NCBI GenBank assembly: GCA_046045965.1
Contig: JBJOKS010000001.1
Span: 96,001 to 160,000 of the forward strand
Reading direction: 5' to 3'
Origin: Cyanobacteriota bacterium
Lineage (GTDB): Bacteria > Cyanobacteriota > Cyanobacteriia > Cyanobacteriales > Nostocaceae
DNA: 64,000 bases
The position numbers were made by a program, and so were the translations under genes. Below, piece by piece: positions 62,790-64,000 of this stretch (position 1 is its first letter; the number at the start of each line of letters is the position of its first letter). Below the pieces are notes generated by a model that did not search any database, had not been told where the DNA came from, and saw only the letters and a list, made by a program, of their open reading frames with translations.

Positions 62790-62839
62790 ATTTTAACCGG
62801 AAAATGTGCAATTGGTAAGGTGTGGGAAAAAAGTTTTAT

Positions 62840-62992
62840 GGCAGGAGGCAGGAGGCAGGAGGCAGGAGGCAGGAGGCAGGAGGCAGGAGGCAGGATGCAG
62901 GAGGCAGAAGGCAGAAAATCATATTTTATTCTCCCCATCTCCCCATCTCCTCAGTCCCCAGTCCCCATCTCCCCATCTCCTCAGTCCCCAGT
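62840..62992. repeat. Tandem heptamer repeats (GGCAGGA)n and CCCCATCT/CCCCAGT units
   Basis: Visible tandem units between moeB and recA. Confidence 0.9.
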
Positions 62993-63013
62993 CAAGAGTC
63001 AAGAGTCCCCAAT

Positions 63014-64000
63014 TTAATACTGTGGCACAGAAGGATCTACTTCCAAACTCCACGCATTAATGCCACCTTTGACGTTAGTTCCCACAATACCGGCTTCTTT
63101 GAGGATAGCCAGGGCTTTGGCAGAACGTCCACCCATTTTACAATGAGCAATTAAACGGTGTCCGTTGAGTATTTCTTTTACCTGAGCAACACCATCACCA
63201 TTTTCAATATCTGGTAAAGGTACTAAGACAGAGCCAGGAATTTTGGCAATTTCATACTCGTGGGGGTTACGTACATCTAACAGGACAAAATCTTGCGCCC
63301 CACTATCAATTAATGCTTTTAATTCCGTAACGGTCATTTCTTGAATTTCCATCTGCTGTTTCGCTTCTTCTGCTTTTGCTTGGGGAATACCACAAAATTC
63401 TTCGTAGTCGATCAGTTGTTCAATAACTGGACGGATGGGATTAGGACGCAATTTCAACTCTCGGAATTTCATATCCAAAGCGTTGTAAAGCATCAAGCGC
63501 CCACTGAGAGTATTACCTTTACCAATAATAATTTTTACCGTTTCTGTGGCTTGGATCACGCCAATAATTCCCGGTAAAATTCCTAACACACCACCTTCTG
63601 CACAAGAGGGAACCATTCCTGGTGGTGGTGGTTCAGGATACAAGTCACGATAGTTAGGACCACCTTCGTAGTTAAATACGGTTGCTTGTCCTTCAAAACG
63701 GAAGATGGAACCGTAAACGTTAGGTTTGTTTAATAATACGCAAGCGTCGTTAACTAGATAGCGTGTGGGGAAGTTGTCAGTTCCATCAACGACGACATCA
63801 TAAGGACGAATGATATCTAAAGCGTTTTCCGCACAGAGACGAGTTTCGTATAAGTCAACCTGACAATAGGGGTTAATTTCGTGAATGCGGTTTTTTGCGG
63901 ATTCAATTTTGGGTTTACCTACCCAGGATGTACCGTGGATAACTTGACGTTGCAAGTTAGAAAAATCAACCACATCAAAGTCAACAATACCGATGCGGCC
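63014..64000 (-). CDS. moeB: MoeB/ThiF adenylyltransferase with rhodanese domain (5' end outside the window)
   Basis: SNLQRQ, DGTDNF, SCAEGGVLG, DVRNPHE, HCKMGGRS. Confidence 0.92.
   Translation of the reverse strand, partial: GRIGIVDFDVVDFSNLQRQVIHGTSWVGKPKIESAKNRIHEINPYCQVDLYETRLCAENALDIIRPYDVVVDGTDNFPTRYLVNDACVLLNKPNVYGSIFRFEGQATVFNYEGGPNYRDLYPEPPPPGMVPSCAEGGVLGILPGIIGVIQATETVKIIIGKGNTLSGRLMLYNALDMKFRELKLRPNPIRPVIEQLIDYEEFCGIPQAKAEEAKQQMEIQEMTVTELKALIDSGAQDFVLLDVRNPHEYEIAKIPGSVLVPLPDIENGDGVAQVKEILNGHRLIAHCKMGGRSAKALAILKEAGIVGTNVKGGINAWSLEVDPSVPQY

Noticed and set aside
62806..63154. ORFs with RRQEAGG repeats
   Set aside because: They are translations of heptamer DNA repeats and overlap the moeB end on the opposite strand.

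Overview
Chromosomal window from a heterocyst-forming (Nostocales-like) cyanobacterium, judged from the HIP1 GCGATCGC sites, heptamer tandem repeats, nifP/nifVZT, tandem flavodiiron genes and the tmRNA tag ANNIVKFARREALVAA. The core genes are nifP-nifV-nifZ-nifT, uvrB, rpe, flv3-flv1, ssrA, recA and moeB. The most unusual block is at the left edge (1-7193, minus strand). It is a tight operon of three divergent, lid-less Hsp70 paralogues plus an elongated GrpE-like protein, followed by a membrane-anchored pseudokinase that the ORF track missed. This operon faces a divergent cluster of secreted proteins (COP23, two trypsin-like proteases, TPR). Other accessory content: a toxin-antitoxin mosaic, a PtuAB/Septu-like pair, a kinase-FGE protein whose C-terminus looks like a DGR variable region, a displaced duplicate of the uvrB 3' end, a gene broken by a 103-bp miniature element, a NACHT-HEAT protein next to ssrA, a receiver-domain signalling cluster and an intact IS5-family element. 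All calls come from reading motifs by eye; no database searches were run.
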